In this document: positions 1 to 14,400 of the stretch, piece after piece
Layout of the letters: every line of letters begins with the position of its first letter
Position numbering within the stretch: the first letter of the stretch is position 1
Source: Botryllus schlosseri
Lineage: Eukaryota
Assembly (NCBI GenBank): GCA_051294905.1
Contig: CM119371.1
Span: forward strand, 11,410,001 to 11,474,000
DNA: 64,000 nucleotides
Reading direction: 5' to 3'
The notes under the pieces: model-generated
What the model saw: only the letters and a program-made list of their open reading frames with translations
Database searches by the model: none
What the model was told of the DNA's origin: nothing
Translations under genes and position numbers: made by a program

Positions 1-115
1 CGAGGTGCTGTTAGGTTGCATGTCGCGCTAACTTTAAAGTAAATATTGGATTCAGTGTTCTCCGTTCATGGTCGTTGAAGATGAAATCTAAGTCAGGAGA
101 CAGTTCCGCCTATAT

Positions 116-1035
116 TAGGGTTGCCATACGTCTACGAATTTCCCGGGCATGTACGGAATTTCACTGTTAAAACTGCGCCCGGAGGAATTTTTAAAATATG
201 CCCAAATGTCCGGAATTCTGAAGGCTTGAAGTAAGCTCCTAATTTTTTCGTAAATCAGAACAAACAATATTATTTGGGGCAGATTTATGCTACATGAAAT
301 TTAATATCTTATCTATATTGGTTTTAATATGGGGACTATAACACCCTCGCAAAAACTGCGATCGAAGATAAATAAAAATAACATTCATTTACAAAAATAA
401 GTTCATCTTTATATTTCGAATTGCAATCTCCGTATTTATTGACTGCCGCTACAGACGAGTGTCAGTTGCAAAGCTTAGAGTGAATAAATTGCGAATATGA
501 TTGTGTTGTTCGTTGCAATATTCAAATTCTGTACCACAAGGAACCTACTTAGAAATAAGTCTAATTGTGATCGCAATTGCAAGATAACGGTAAATTCATA
601 GAGTCGGTAAAGGCCAGGGGCGGGCAATATATACTCATCTGATCATGTGGGCGGAAAGAGGATCAAAATTATATAGTATAGTATATAATATGGAAGAACC
701 AATAATATTGATAGAATTAATTCAAAAAGTTTAATGACCCGATGCATATAAAAATCAGATGCATATAGCAAACCCTACAAGATGCATCGATTACCCTATG
801 CTGGGCCCAAAATCAGTGTATATTTGGCCGGGAGGGGGCTGAAAAAATGTGGTTTCGGTCTTGATTACAACTTACAACACGCAGTCACACACTCCGGAAC
901 CGGATCGTGACGACCTCTGGTCGATAAGCAAATCTTTGCTGGTGTGACCGAAAATGTGTTCATACCTCATTTTGAAATCCGCTAGGGGCGCTAATGTGTA
1001 TCCGGAATTTGAGTCACGAAAATATGGTAACCCTA
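116..1035. mobile_element. Non-autonomous hAT-type element (family TAGGGTTGCC)
   Basis: TIR tagggttgccata/tatggtaacccta; perfect 8-bp TSD gcctatat; related copies at 36465-37587 and from 42668. Confidence 0.9.
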
Positions 1036-1155
1036 GCCTATATCATACCAGATATCATTGGTATCGTATCCTATATGCTAGGAGAATAAAGGTGAGCTAG
1101 AACAAATCAAAAGTAAATCAATAATTTCGGGAATTCAAAACGTAACTGTATTCAC

Positions 1156-2425
1156 CTTCTCGCGATATTTTATTGCATTCAGCCATCGGATATCTTCAAT
1201 GCTGAGGACAATCCTATCAACAGAAGACAACGTTACTTCTCCAATGACTCTCCCGTCAGCAATCTTCGCTGCTTCGATCCAATTTGCAACACCAATTATT
1301 CCGTGCTGAAAATGCCAAGCAGAATATCAAATACTGTCAATTTGGGAAATTTAATTTAGTGTAACCTTTTTTATTTTTGGCACAACAATGCAACGCGATA
1401 CGGTAAATGATACATCTTGAAACGTTCGTCGCCACAAATCGACGTCGAACGAATCGCAATCAACTTCGATCCATAGATTTAACACCTGGTAATGTAGAAC
1501 CAATCGGTCTTTCATATGTCGTGAACGCGGTGAATGTGTCAGTTGACATTGTACAGAGATCACATACGAAATCCGAATCACAAATCACTGGTTTGTTACA
1601 GCTCAAATATGAAAATAGATTCACCTTCTGGCGATATTTTATTGCATTCAGTAATTGGATATCTTCAATCTGCAGGACGATCGAATCGACCCAAGACAGA
1701 GTTACTTCCTCGATGGATCCTACTTTTGCGATGATTGATGCTTCGATCCATTTAGCTACGTTTATTCGTCCATGCTAATGTGCAATGTATACGATATAGT
1801 AACGTTACATTACAGGGAATTTAATTCAACATTACCTCTGGTATTACAGGCGAAACAATGCAGCGCGAAACGGAAAATGAAATATCTTGAAATGTTCGTC
1901 GCCACAAATCGACGTCGAACGAATCCAAATCAACTTCGATCCATAGATTTAACACCTTTTAATGTAGAACCAATCGGTCTTTCACATGTCGTAAACGCGG
2001 TGAATGTGTAAGATACCATTATACAGAGATGGAATACAAAATTGAAATCACAAATCACTGGTTTGTTACTGCTCAAATATGAAAATAGATTCACCTTCTC
2101 GCGATATTTTATTGTATTGAGTAATCGGATATCTTCAATCCGCAGGACGATCGATTCGACCCAAGAGAGAGTTACTTCCTCGACGGATCCTACTTCTGCG
2201 ATCTTTGCTGCTTCGATCCATTTAGTTACGTTTATTCGTCCATGCTAATGTGCAATGTATACGATATAGTAACGTTACATTACAGGGAATTTAAATCAAC
2301 ATTACCTCTGGTATTACCGGCGAAATAAAGCAGCGATTGACTTTGAATGTCAAGTTTCCAAATGTTTCTCGCCATGAATCTGCGTCGTACGAATCGAACG
2401 AAATCTTCATCCAAAGGTTTGATAT
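1156..2425 (-). CDS. Repeat modules 3-5: three A exons (120 nt) and three B exons (150 nt) in 470-bp tandem units
   Basis: A is e.g. VLNLWIEVDxDSFDVDLWRRTFQD..; B is HGRINVxKWIEAxxIAxVGSxEEVTLSWVxSIVLxIEDIxLLNxIKYRxK. All six exons are open, AG/GT-bounded and phase 0. Confidence 0.85.
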
Positions 2426-5400
2426 CTGAAAACCGTTGCATCATTCATCGTATAATTTGCCTTCCTTATACTCAGGGCAGAAGCAACATTTCGTCACCCC
2501 CTCCCATATTATAGCAATTATACGAAAAAGTTTTTTTTATGGACCATATAAAGTACCAGGTGGGCTCATTTCCGCTCGAGACGCCGTCGAGTACAGACGT
2601 CTTGTTTTGCTCCTACATTAAGTAATCTTAGTTGGCAAGTCAAATACTTATCTGCATATAAGACCAACATTTAATGGATAACGTAACAAATCCCAAGTTT
2701 CTGCGGTCAAGGATCCAAGAAACCAGGTTGCCAATATAAGGCAGGGGTTGCCAACTTTTTCGGCCAAAGGGTCACTCGCAATTGACGAGCCAATGCGCAA
2801 GCCACTAACCGGATCAAGCGCGGAAATTTTTCAAAGTTTAAGGGTCAATAACAATGTTCCTTCTAATTTTTCACGATTCTGCGCAAACACGTTAACTCAC
2901 TGCGCAGGCCCTTGGAAAATAGTGCGCAACCAGGTCCCCCCATAAGGTGATAAATCGAACGTCTGGGGGGCGAAGTCATTCCCAGAAAATAATGCGCTAT
3001 TGAAATGATATCAGTATCGCTCACGCCGACGAGACCATACTAAAAGAAAAGATTTTTCGTTAGGCGCACGTGGTTGCAAAGTCTCATTTCTTCACGGAGC
3101 GCAATATTTACCTTTGCGGGCCGCACTTGTACCTCAGTGTCAGACTTCAGTGATAACACTATATGCCCCTGGCAATGTTCCCTATAATTTTTCACGAGTT
3201 TGCGCGCCTGTGTGGTCCCTTGGACAACAGTGGGCAACGACTTTAAAAACATCACTTCGGATTTTTTGTGCGCAACTTATATTTTCTGTGCGCAGAGACC
3301 GCTTCAGCACTGCGCTTTTGCGTACGTGCGTAGCTTAGAGGGAACATTGGTCAATAATATTATAACTTGAGTATACTGCTTGTCTACTGTATATCGCTGG
3401 GCTAGCAGTTAGCAAGGACAGGAGTAGGCCTATTCGGCGCGTGGACATATCGATATCGAATAAAGCTTCTGCCATCACGCATCAATCATTTTGAGCCTAG
3501 GTTTCATCGTTGACGGTATTTCTGCGAGCGCAAATGCTAGGTTGCGTGTTGGATGACACTTTGTCTCGCAATTGCGAATATAGTTAGAGTCAGTCTGGTA
3601 CATTAGGCGTTCTTTCATATTCAGGAGCGGTAACAATAGAAAAAGCAAGAAATCGAGTGACAACATATTGCGCGAAGCGTGAAAAATTTATTACTTTAGA
3701 TAAGTCTACCGCAAATTATTCCACTTTATTGAAATGTACGAAGATCCACCGAAAATGTGACTGGCCCATGGATCTGCCAAAACATCGGAACTGATATTTT
3801 AGTCATCAACATCCCAAGATTGGTGTGGCCAGATAGCGCAGTGGTATAATTCGCGGCTGCGGTTCAAGTCCCGCCGAGTTCGACTTCAGAATTCCTATAC
3901 CTAAGTGTTGGAGGTTTATATAGGCTCCTCCTCGCCACCTTATCCGCGTAAGCGATGTCTTACAAAAAGTCTAGAAGTGGGCCGTGTTATAAGTCGGCAG
4001 TTACGGAATAAAAATTGAGAATATCAGCCTCGTGTGAATGACCAATTGACCATAGTAGTCGACAAACACCATGAATACCTCAAAAACAAAACAAACATCC
4101 AAGTGTTTCGGCCTTGCAAATTCACAATCTGGGTAATCCATTTTGATAATAGAAACTAATTTTGAAAATTACTCGGCAGGCCACTCAAAACCCACTCGCG
4201 GGCAACGGGTTGGCCTCTCCTGCAGTAGGGCATGCACTATATAACCATTTCCTTTGTGCTGACGTTTTGATGCTTCTTTGGGTGACATTGAGCAATTAAA
4301 TTGAATTCTGATAGGAACTTTCTCGCGTCACCTACTTATAAGACCAATGACCATCAGCCAGACTGATGACTCAATATTTCTGCACCCTGTATAAAGTGGT
4401 CACCCTACGATTTGAGGGGGGTTTCTGGGCGAGACGTCAAGGGGTCCCCTAGAAGTATGCAATCGTAGATTATGGAGCTCCGCTCCCAAACCTCCCTTTC
4501 GCATCTAGTATTACCAACATACGCACTTAATTCTAATCAGAGGTGGTCAAGGTATTCTAGAAAGCTACTCTAGTAGAAGTAGAAGTAGCGACGAAAAAAT
4601 CTACTCAAGTAAGAGTAGAAGTACTTATTCCAGAAGCGACCTAAAACTACTTGAAGTAAAAGTAGAATTGACTGACTTTAAATCTACTCAAGTAGGTAAG
4701 TAGTTTTGATACAGTCTCAATTCGTTGGCATGGACTGTCAAAAGCTGCAAATTGAGCTATGCGGAAGGTGCAGAGAGCTTGATTCGTATTGATGCATCAC
4801 AGAATGTATCAATTTGCGACAGAATAAGCATTCTTTCGTGTCATGGGATGAAAATTATAGTATTGATATGAAAATGCGATGCCAACCCTTTGTTTACTAG
4901 AAGAACCCGTTTTAGAGAATATCATGGCATGGCGCCTTACCCCATATTATAAGACCCAAAGCTTAGGCGAAGAGCAATACTGAGAAGTTGTATCGGATAC
5001 GGCTGCAACAGTTTGCGCGATTAGTAGGCCTATACGTTAATAACAAATATTGTGGATCGTGAAATTTATATTAAGTGTTGCTTTATTTTCGGAAAATAGA
5101 GGCATACTACACTTGCTTTTATGCTTCAACATGTATGTTCTGCAGACAAAAGAACTGAAAGTAATTAGAACTCAAAGTATGATACTCGGAATTTAAAGTG
5201 AAATACAAATACCACTTCTAAACGACGGAAAAATATTTCATATCTTTTGTCCATAAAGCTTCAAAGGTGATCTGCTAAAACAGGTGTAAAGTTTAAAAAA
5301 AGCCCGATTTTCCAGATTAGCAGGACACGACATGGGCTGCTAGATTACGATATGATAGGTAATTGCTAGATTGCGAAACGGTAGTTTCAAAGGTTATGGG

Positions 5401-8400
5401 GGCCAGATTTACTGTGATTGAATAATTGATATGGGCGACAATGCGGTGTGAGCGGAGCGAAGCAATCCGCTATCTAAATTATATTCAATGATAATTTTGT
5501 GAATTAACACATTTGTGACTCCATAACTAATTTGCGCGGACCGCAACAAAATTTTGGGACTTTATTTGACTTTTATTAATATTAAATGTTTGCACTCCGT
5601 AAAAACAGCCCCGAAATTCCGCAGGCTATCTTTCGTTTTGGGGGATTAAACTACTTCTACTTGACAAACTGAAAATAGCGAAAAGTAAGTAAGTAGATCA
5701 AAAAATATTACGAAGTAGAAGTAGTGAAAACCAGATATACTTGAGTAAGTACCAGAAGTAGAGGAAAACTACTTGAGAACTTCCAAAAAGTAGAAGTACT
5801 TCGTTACCGACCACCTCTGTATTTAGGGTTACCATATGTCCTCATTTAGGAGGATTTGTCCCACTCTTTCAAGAAATCGGATATGTCCTCCGATGACGCC
5901 TAAGTAATGAAATATTTGTAGTGTAGTTTAGCTGGTTGGGTCGAACAAATGAGAAACCATGCATCGAGATATTCTTGGGTACTTATATAATTACAATTTA
6001 CTATTTCGGTCGATTCAATGGGTGATCTAATCGAAGTCATAACAAGGTCTGAAAAAATTGATTTGGTCGCAGAGCTAATCAAATATACCGTCCCACAAAA
6101 ATTCAGTCCTATGATTCTTCGAATTCCTCTTATTTCATTGATTTGAAATGACACAGAATGGTCCGAATATATGGATAATTCTTCCACGTTGGCGATTTTA
6201 ACAGTGTCTGCTACGTCGGCCCATGATTCGAGATGAATTATCTTCGTCTGAATCAAAGAAGATTTAAAGTTTAGAATACCTTACTTCGAGTTCACAGCCA
6301 CAATACCTCTTCAACTTCGGGAAGTTTAACATAACAATGATCAACACCGATCGAAATCCGTTGGAATGTACTTTCCCAAAGTTCTTTGTCGAATGATACC
6401 TCGTCAGATCTTATCCATAGTTCTTCGATCTAACATAATTTGAAATCATTAGTTACCACATTGATTGCAAAAGATGTGGAAATCCAAAACGATAACGTTG
6501 CCGTTCTTCCAAATAATATTGTAACAAAGTGCCAGCCCATTGATATTACCTTGGGTGTGAATATTTAATACTGACTTGGGAATATTGCTAACTGTTTGGA
6601 TATCTGTAGAGTATGCATGAATATACTTTTCTTTAATTTTACAAGTAGTCAATACCAGAGTTGGATCAATTGTAATTTGTAATTGTAATTGAATGTAATT
6701 AATTACATTTTTCAATGTAATTGTAATGTAATTGTAATTGCAGCATTTTTATTTTGTGTAATTGTAATTGTAATTGTAATTTGACAAAAATTTTGCTCAA
6801 TTACAATTTAAATTACATTAAATTGCTATTGAGACCTGACAAGCACAGCATAAAATAATTGACTTATAATGCATTCTCTTTAAATGTCGACAAGGAATTT
6901 GGTGGATCCATTGGCGGAAGCCGTTGACTGCGCCCTTGCGGGCGAAGTTTTATTTTTATTTTTACCGCTATGCTGGCCTCGGCTGCCATTGTATACAATT
7001 TTTAGATTACTAACCAACGGATGGATTCGCAACACGTGACTCACGATTGAATACGCCGAGAAGCGAAGTGCTGAGCCGGCTAAAAGCAGGAGAATTGATA
7101 GTCCCATAGCTGGCGATCCAAGCGTCGAAATTTGATATGTATGGTCCTAATCGAAAGCTAGTGTCGCACTGATTCCGCAATAAAAGTATATTTCCAGGAA
7201 ATGGTACCATCCCAAAATAGTCGTGAAAGTCTGGGAATCGGCATTGTTCTGAACAATCGCTGGGCGTAATTGGTAATTGTTGTGGTCATGCTGCTGCAGC
7301 GCTCTCACTTTTCAGAACAGTCGGCCTTAAACGGCTATTTTGGAGCAGTTACATCGCCCTGACGAGATTTTATTTTGTATTTTCGGAATTAGTACATCAA
7401 TAGCTTACGATAAAGACCAAATGCATCAAATTTGGACGCTTGGATCGCCAGCTCTAGGACTACAAAGTTGGCTGCTTTTAGCCGGCTCTGCAGTACGTTT
7501 GTCGGTGCATTCATCCGTGACTCACATCTTGCGCATCTATCCGTGGATTGGCAATCTACAATACGATTTCAGATCACGATGCTGCATCGTTATTTCGTCT
7601 GGCTAGCTAACCAGACCACTGGATATTATATAACGTCTTATCTGACAAAGCACGGTTTTGTTTTTACTCCTCATCCTAATTCCTACGTCCCTCGATAAAA
7701 ATAATATTATTTCTTTAATTATATACTATATACGCAAATCCAACACATGAATATATTATAATACTTTTTCAACGACATACTGCACCCTATCCTTAATCCT
7801 GACCCATAGGAAATTAGGTAAATAACATTTTACATTTCCAATTACGTGAGCCATAATTACCGAGCATACAAAACACGCTTATATTACGTCACAATGTCAT
7901 CTTACATAGCATACTATGTACGCACATAAACGCATTTATTACTACACAATCTTGAATTGTTGTTAAATACGACGCTACGGTTGTCAAGGAGCACGGTTGA
8001 ATTTATAATTATTCAATTACATGTTCAACAGCAGCAATTGTAATTGTAATTGTAATGTAATTGAAGCATGCAAGGAGTAATTGTAATTTTAATTGTAATT
8101 TGATATTTTTAGCTTGGAGTAATTGTAATTGTAATGTAATTGAAACATTCATGAAAGTAATTGTAATTGTAATTGTAATTGAACTGAAATAATGTAATTG
8201 ATCCAACTCTGGTCAATACATACTCTTGTCAAACTCAAATCGAACTTGGCAAGTTCTTCAACTTCTTTAATGTCCAATCGAAGGCATTTCAAGTTACCAA
8301 TATCGATTTGAGAAACAGTCTCTTCCGTAGCTTTTAGTAGATCGAAAACAACATCTTCGAATTTCTAAACAATATATGGGTGTAGGTACAGAGATGGCAA

Positions 8401-11400
8401 ACTAATTGAGCATTCGAAATCAGAATATTGTTCTTTACCCGTTCGATGCGAGGTAAGTCCATGAGTAAAGTAGTAACTTCCATGTTTTTAAAAACTTCTT
8501 GCCAAGAATGCATGTTTGACCAGCTCGTATTCTTTCTCATATCAAATCTGTCGATCTTAGAAAGAAGACAACCTTCAACCTCCAAATTAGAAAAATGGTT
8601 GATAACCTACTTTGTGATAAAATCACTAGGCAGTTTTGCTTCATAACTGCTAAAAGTTGGGGACTCACATAAACGGAATAGACGTCTGAGATATAATATT
8701 CTAGTGTGTAAACTCCATTCAATTGCCAAATTGCCAATAGCCTACTGATAACAACATGTTGTCGTTTAGAGATGTTTTGTTGAGGTTTTGGAAAAAAGTT
8801 GTTTGCAAAAATTCATTTTCTCCAGTGATGTATAACCGTTATTACAGAATATCTTCAAGATGAGCTGCTAGATAGAAATGGCTAGGCTGGACGTTTTATG
8901 TTTATTTGAAATCTGTTTCCAAATATTGGTGCCATATATGTTGCGATCATACCCAATGATGAGTATTCTGATCGTCTGCAATATATGCAAGAAATACTTA
9001 GTAAAAGTAAAACGCGATTATATCTACTAGAAACACCATGTATAAATTGATACTATTGCTACGATTATTGATGGTCAAGTCAAAAGTTTACCTTGATATG
9101 CCGTCTTTTCGTCTCGGAGGCCAGAACGCCTAGCAAATAGTCGTCAATATTGCAATTGTTGAACGATAATGATTTCACTCTTCCGAGATTTCCAATCACC
9201 GAGCACAACGTATTCACCACTACTGGCGTCAGGGGGTAATTCGAGAAGTCAAGATCTTGTGCGCAACTTTCTAGTATTTCGAAGGCCGCTGCTTCTTTCA
9301 AAGATGTGAAAATATCCAATTTTTGTGCAGGAGTTATGTCTTGTTTTAGTTGAAACTTCAAATTTTCCATAAGATATTCCGCTTTTAGTGGTAAATCATC
9401 TGTTTTAATGTATATAAAATTATGATAATCGGCAGAACCGCTCCAATGGCGTGGTGATAGAGAAGGACTTTTGAAGACAAATGTTTGCCGTCACTAGAGA
9501 GCATTGTAAAACAGTTCTATGAATTTATGTGGACTTGTGGAGTGTATGTTTCCAACTTCCTAATAACTATTCCGAACGAAAAACAAATCTTATGCCCATT
9601 GTTTAGTGATAGGTCAGACAACCAAGATGGAACAATAATTGCACCGCTGGCCTTGATGACTGCCGAATCCGGGCCAGTGTGTGAGCGAGCGAAAATCATT
9701 GCCAACCAGTAGGGTGCCCAGTCAATACCGAGAAAAAACCCGTACCGAGAATGCCACTACCAAGAATGGAAATGACCGAGAACGGACACAACCGAGAACG
9801 GACACCACCGACAATGTACACCACCGAAAATGCACACTACCGAGAATGAACACCACCGAGAACGGTCATTACCGAGAATGAACACCACCAAGAATAGACA
9901 CAACCGAGAATGGACACCACCGAGAATAGACATTACCGAGAATGGACACCACCGATAACGGACATTACCGAAAATGCATACCACCGAGAATGGTCATTAC
10001 CGATAATGGACACAACTGAGAACGGACATTACCGAGAATGGCCAATGCCGAGAATCTAACTTACTGAGACGGACGTTGTCGAACAGTGTTGGGAAGACTC
10101 GAGTCAACCTTATCGAATGACTTGACTTGACTCGAGTGACTTTGCAAAAATGAGTTGACTTGACTTGACTCGGCTCTTAAGAAATGTGAATTAACTCGTG
10201 ACTCGGAGCAAAATTTACGAGTCAATTTCAAGTCATCAAGTAAACGGCGCCGATTAAATCTCTGCATCTTGTTTATGTTATTCGCGATGGCGCTATGCCG
10301 GTGTGACTTGTGAGAGAAATATCTTATTCACTGATTGTACCTTTCACTGATCCCCCTTGTTACATCACAAATGAATTGACCGAAAACGAAGTGATGACAT
10401 AGCTTTCAATACAACATCCATTGTAGCAGTATATTTATTAAACTCGAAGACTTTTCGGGTGCCTCTTTTCAAGAGTTATCGGCACACTAAAGGGATTTAA
10501 ACAGATTTAAAAGCAAAACCAAAAAGGCAAAGTATGACGGAACAATGAAAATCACAGACCATGAAATTCGCATTGTACCAATGGCAACAATAACAAACTA
10601 TGAAGTATACGGACATACGGTAAACGGTACTATAGTAGCAGCACAATTTGTAAATAAACAATTACACGCACGGAACAACACGCACTAATGAGAAATTTGT
10701 AGGTTAAAGAGGAAATCTTTTTGTCTGCATAAAATAGGTTTGCTCAACTGAATAATAGTAGACTCCAACACTTTTAAATGAAACACAGACCTACCACGCG
10801 AAATGACAGTGAACATATTGTCATCATAGTGCTGTGCACAGGCAAGGTTTTCACTCAGATGCTGACCAATAGACACTTACGTGACCTTTGACACGAACCA
10901 ATCAGGCTGCAGCGGGATGTAAACAAAGAACAAGCCCGGGCAAGCTTACTATGAGCTCTTATGGGAAAAGGTTGAAAAATGAAGGTTTTAAGCAAGATTA
11001 CGTTGCATTGGGGATGACTGGCTTTAATGAATAGTAATAGCGTAGAACTAGTATGTGGTTGCAGCTTTTAATCTAGGATGAACATGAATGGTGGCAAGTA
11101 CGCACCAGCGTGCTGTGTTCAAATGCACGGGTTTTTGACAACTTTTCTGATTAAGCGACGATTGTTGTATACTATACTATAGGATTGTGGCAATGCATAT
11201 TTTGACGATTTCATAGGCTCCAGGTCTCGAGCAAAATTTTCAAGCATATCTCATGTTCAGAAATATATATACTATAAAATATAGCTGCTGCCACACATCA
11301 CAATTTTTGTGTATTGAATATGAAACTTGAAAGCTATGGAGATTCTATCGAATTTATGGATTTGAGTGGAACAGCATCTTCTTCTAACACCGCGGAGAAA

Positions 11401-14400
11401 GCTACGAAGTATTTCATGGAGCGCTATGCACCAGTGTTGGGATGACTCGAGTCATGACTTGACTCGAGTCAGACTCGAGTCAACTTTTTCGTATGACTTG
11501 ACTTGACTCGAGTCACTTTGCAAAAATGACTTGACTTGACTTGACTCGGTCCTTCAAAAATGTGGATTGACTCGTGACTCGGAGCAAAATTTACGAGTCA
11601 ATTTCAAGTCATCATGCAAACGATGTCGACTAAATCAATTTATTTTGTGCATGTTCGGATTATTCACGATACGCCGTTGTCACTTGTGAGAGCAACCAGT
11701 CATTCACTGATTGTATGTTTCACTGATTCTACATTATTACATCACAAATACACTGACCACAAACGAAATGAGCACAGCTTGCGTTTTCGTAGTAGCAGAT
11801 CAATTTAATAGCAATGTATCGCTGTTTATTGGACGGCTTTTTCCTTACATTGCACAACTTTTCCAACCCTCTTGTATGATTTAAATCGAACAAATATAGT
11901 TTATGCGTTTATATTCTCACGGATGTGTATAGATGGCTAGTGTACTATCAATTTCCTTCAACTTCTCGAGGCTTCGTATTCGATACTCTATTTTGGCTGA
12001 TAATAAGGGAATGTAGCATGTAGCTCAGAGTTGTCATACTCAACTGACGTCGCGGGCCGGATTCAAATATTCAGATCACTATCGGGCCGCACCAGTCAAA
12101 TGATTCCAAAATATTACTAACTCTTAACTCAATATATGCACTTTTTCGCATTCTCTGAATTGGGTGTCACTGTCAGCGATTTTCTCCTGACGATGACTAG
12201 AAATCACAACTCCGCTGTCGGGTGGTTATAATGTGGCCTAAGAACAGACTAGAAATGTGCAATCTTGAAGGAATATTTATTAGTAGTATTTCATACCACA
12301 AATTCGAGAAATGTGTTGGATAAAATCAACCTATACTCAGAATTGCTTCGCGCGGGACCGAATGAAATTATTTGGCGGGTCGTATGTTTGACACCCCTGA
12401 TGTAGCTATATACAGTTACTGGCGTATTTTGTTAGCAGTTCTACGCGTGCGTGAGCGATACAACGCATTTTTGCATGTATATTTAACTTTATATTCGTTA
12501 TTTGATTCAAGATATGGACCAATTGATCTCTCTTTTACACAGCTAGTAAAATATAATGAATTTCAATGATCACTCATACTTCGAAAATCCAATTTGACTT
12601 GAATTGTGACTTGACTCGTGACTTGACTTGACTTGACTTGACTCGAGTCACCACCAAAAAACGAGTGACTTGACTTGACTCGAATCACCTTTGAAAATCG
12701 ATTGACTTGACTTGACTCGAGTCAAAATGTGCAATGACTCGAGATGACTCGTGACTCGAAGGTAGTGACTTGATCCCAACACTGCTATGCACACGATTTA
12801 GGGATAAAGATTGAGGAGACAATCCACTCTTTTTAGAAGCAATATTCTAGTGAACAGCCAATGTTATGGCAACTTGCGGAAAAGTGAGATAACACACTCA
12901 ATGGAAATACACGTTCTCGGAAAATCCATTATTGATTCGTCTTGCACTTGTAAGACAGGGTAAGTAAGGAAAAAGACATTTTTTCAGAGACTTCTTCAAT
13001 AGATATTTTAACCATGATTTATTTTCATATTAGGTTCTGATATATGCTCTCATGCATATGCATTGATTAAGACAATCCAGCACCTGAAGCTAAAAGGACT
13101 ACATTGTGATTTGCATCAGCATCAGTGAGCTCCATCGTGATTGACAAGCAATCTCTCCACTGTACTCGCAACCGATCAACTCCTGCCACAAGGTAGATTT
13201 TGGTGTATCTGGTGTTTTCAGTTTTATAACATTCCATCAAACACAAATGATCCTAGAACATTTTCATCTGGAGAATTGTTCATTCAACAAATTGGGCATC
13301 TGAATGAGCTTCAATAATGCACACCACTGGAATATCTAGACATGCACTGTTGGTACAGACTGACCATGGCACCGCGCAATTACGATCCGTAGCATGCTAT
13401 TAGGCATTACGATATTGACAATGGAACTGAATTTGCACAATTGCCGAATATGTTGCGTCATTCATTTTTAATTTTCAATGTTGAATTAGAGTATGCAATT
13501 AGTCCATATATATTTGGTTAGTTGTGATACACAATGCTGCATAGTATGACACCAGACAAAATTTTATACTCCTTGATTCTTCCGATCAGCTGTTCAATAT
13601 GAATACGTTCTCTCGCCATCTTTCTTGTTGTGGAACAGTCTGGCTCAGGCATTTGAAGGAGTGTAAATCACGTGCAGGAATATTTAAATCTAGATTCAAT
13701 TTCTTGATTTCAGACTCAATGGTGAATCCCTTTTCTGCCATGATAGCATTGCCTGGCTCACCATAGCTGAACTCCATCATTTTCTTACATTTCTTGTCGA
13801 ATCCACATATTTAACTAATATTTCGATCTTAAATGCTCCCTGTAAATAGTTCCTGCACAAAAGTAAGTGTACCACAATCCATCAATCCTTTCAAAGTTGT
13901 ATGTGATTTATTGACAGTCAATAATCATTGTAGATTTGAGAAATCATGAATGAATGCAAATGGTGCATTTTTAAGAACCACTTATCTACATGGCCAAAAC
14001 GCGATTTAATGAAGCAGTTACATATGGCTGACCCAATAGTTAAATACTATGCTTACAGCAATACTATAAATTTGACGTCAGTAGGATAAGTCGGGCAATT
14101 CAGAAAGAATTTAATGTAGTCTAGCATAACATTTCTGCTTCTCCGCATCTTTTGACATTATCATGCTCCTCTGAGAACTGAACTTCACTAGCAATAATTG
14201 TCCGCCAATTTGTAATTTTCCTGGACAAGTTTACTGTTTTGTGCTTCTATACTTCTTCCAGAAATTTGATTTTCTTGCGTTTTATCCATCGACTTCCTCT
14301 TTCTGCAGCTTCATAAAAGATATCCATCAAGCCTGCACAAAATATATAATATGTTTATTTTACAGAGCAATACTGCTGTGCAGGCACCTATCAAGGCGTA

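Larger units (their letters stand above)
2742..4222. mobile_element. Old hAT-type MITE (caggggttgccaac ... gttggcctctcctg) hosting nested insertions
   Basis: Degenerate TIRs; no clear TSD. Confidence 0.5.

Noticed and set aside
1407..2248. Plus-strand repeated ORFs (1407-1778, 1772-2011, 2042-2248)
   Set aside because: Antisense shadows of the minus-strand exon array, which has the splice signals and conserved reading frame.
3826..3900. tRNA gene
   Set aside because: A/B boxes are present, but the anticodon arm is missing and it continues into a SINE body and tail.
6449..6715. ORF as an NLR exon disrupted by the MITE
   Set aside because: It begins inside MITE repeats, and the flanking B and A exons join in phase without it.
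9728..10056. Regular repeat array as a CRISPR locus or repeat protein (ORFs 9681-9881, 9757-9984)
   Set aside because: Contiguous 16-bp units with no unique spacers, period not a multiple of 3, no cas genes and a eukaryotic context.
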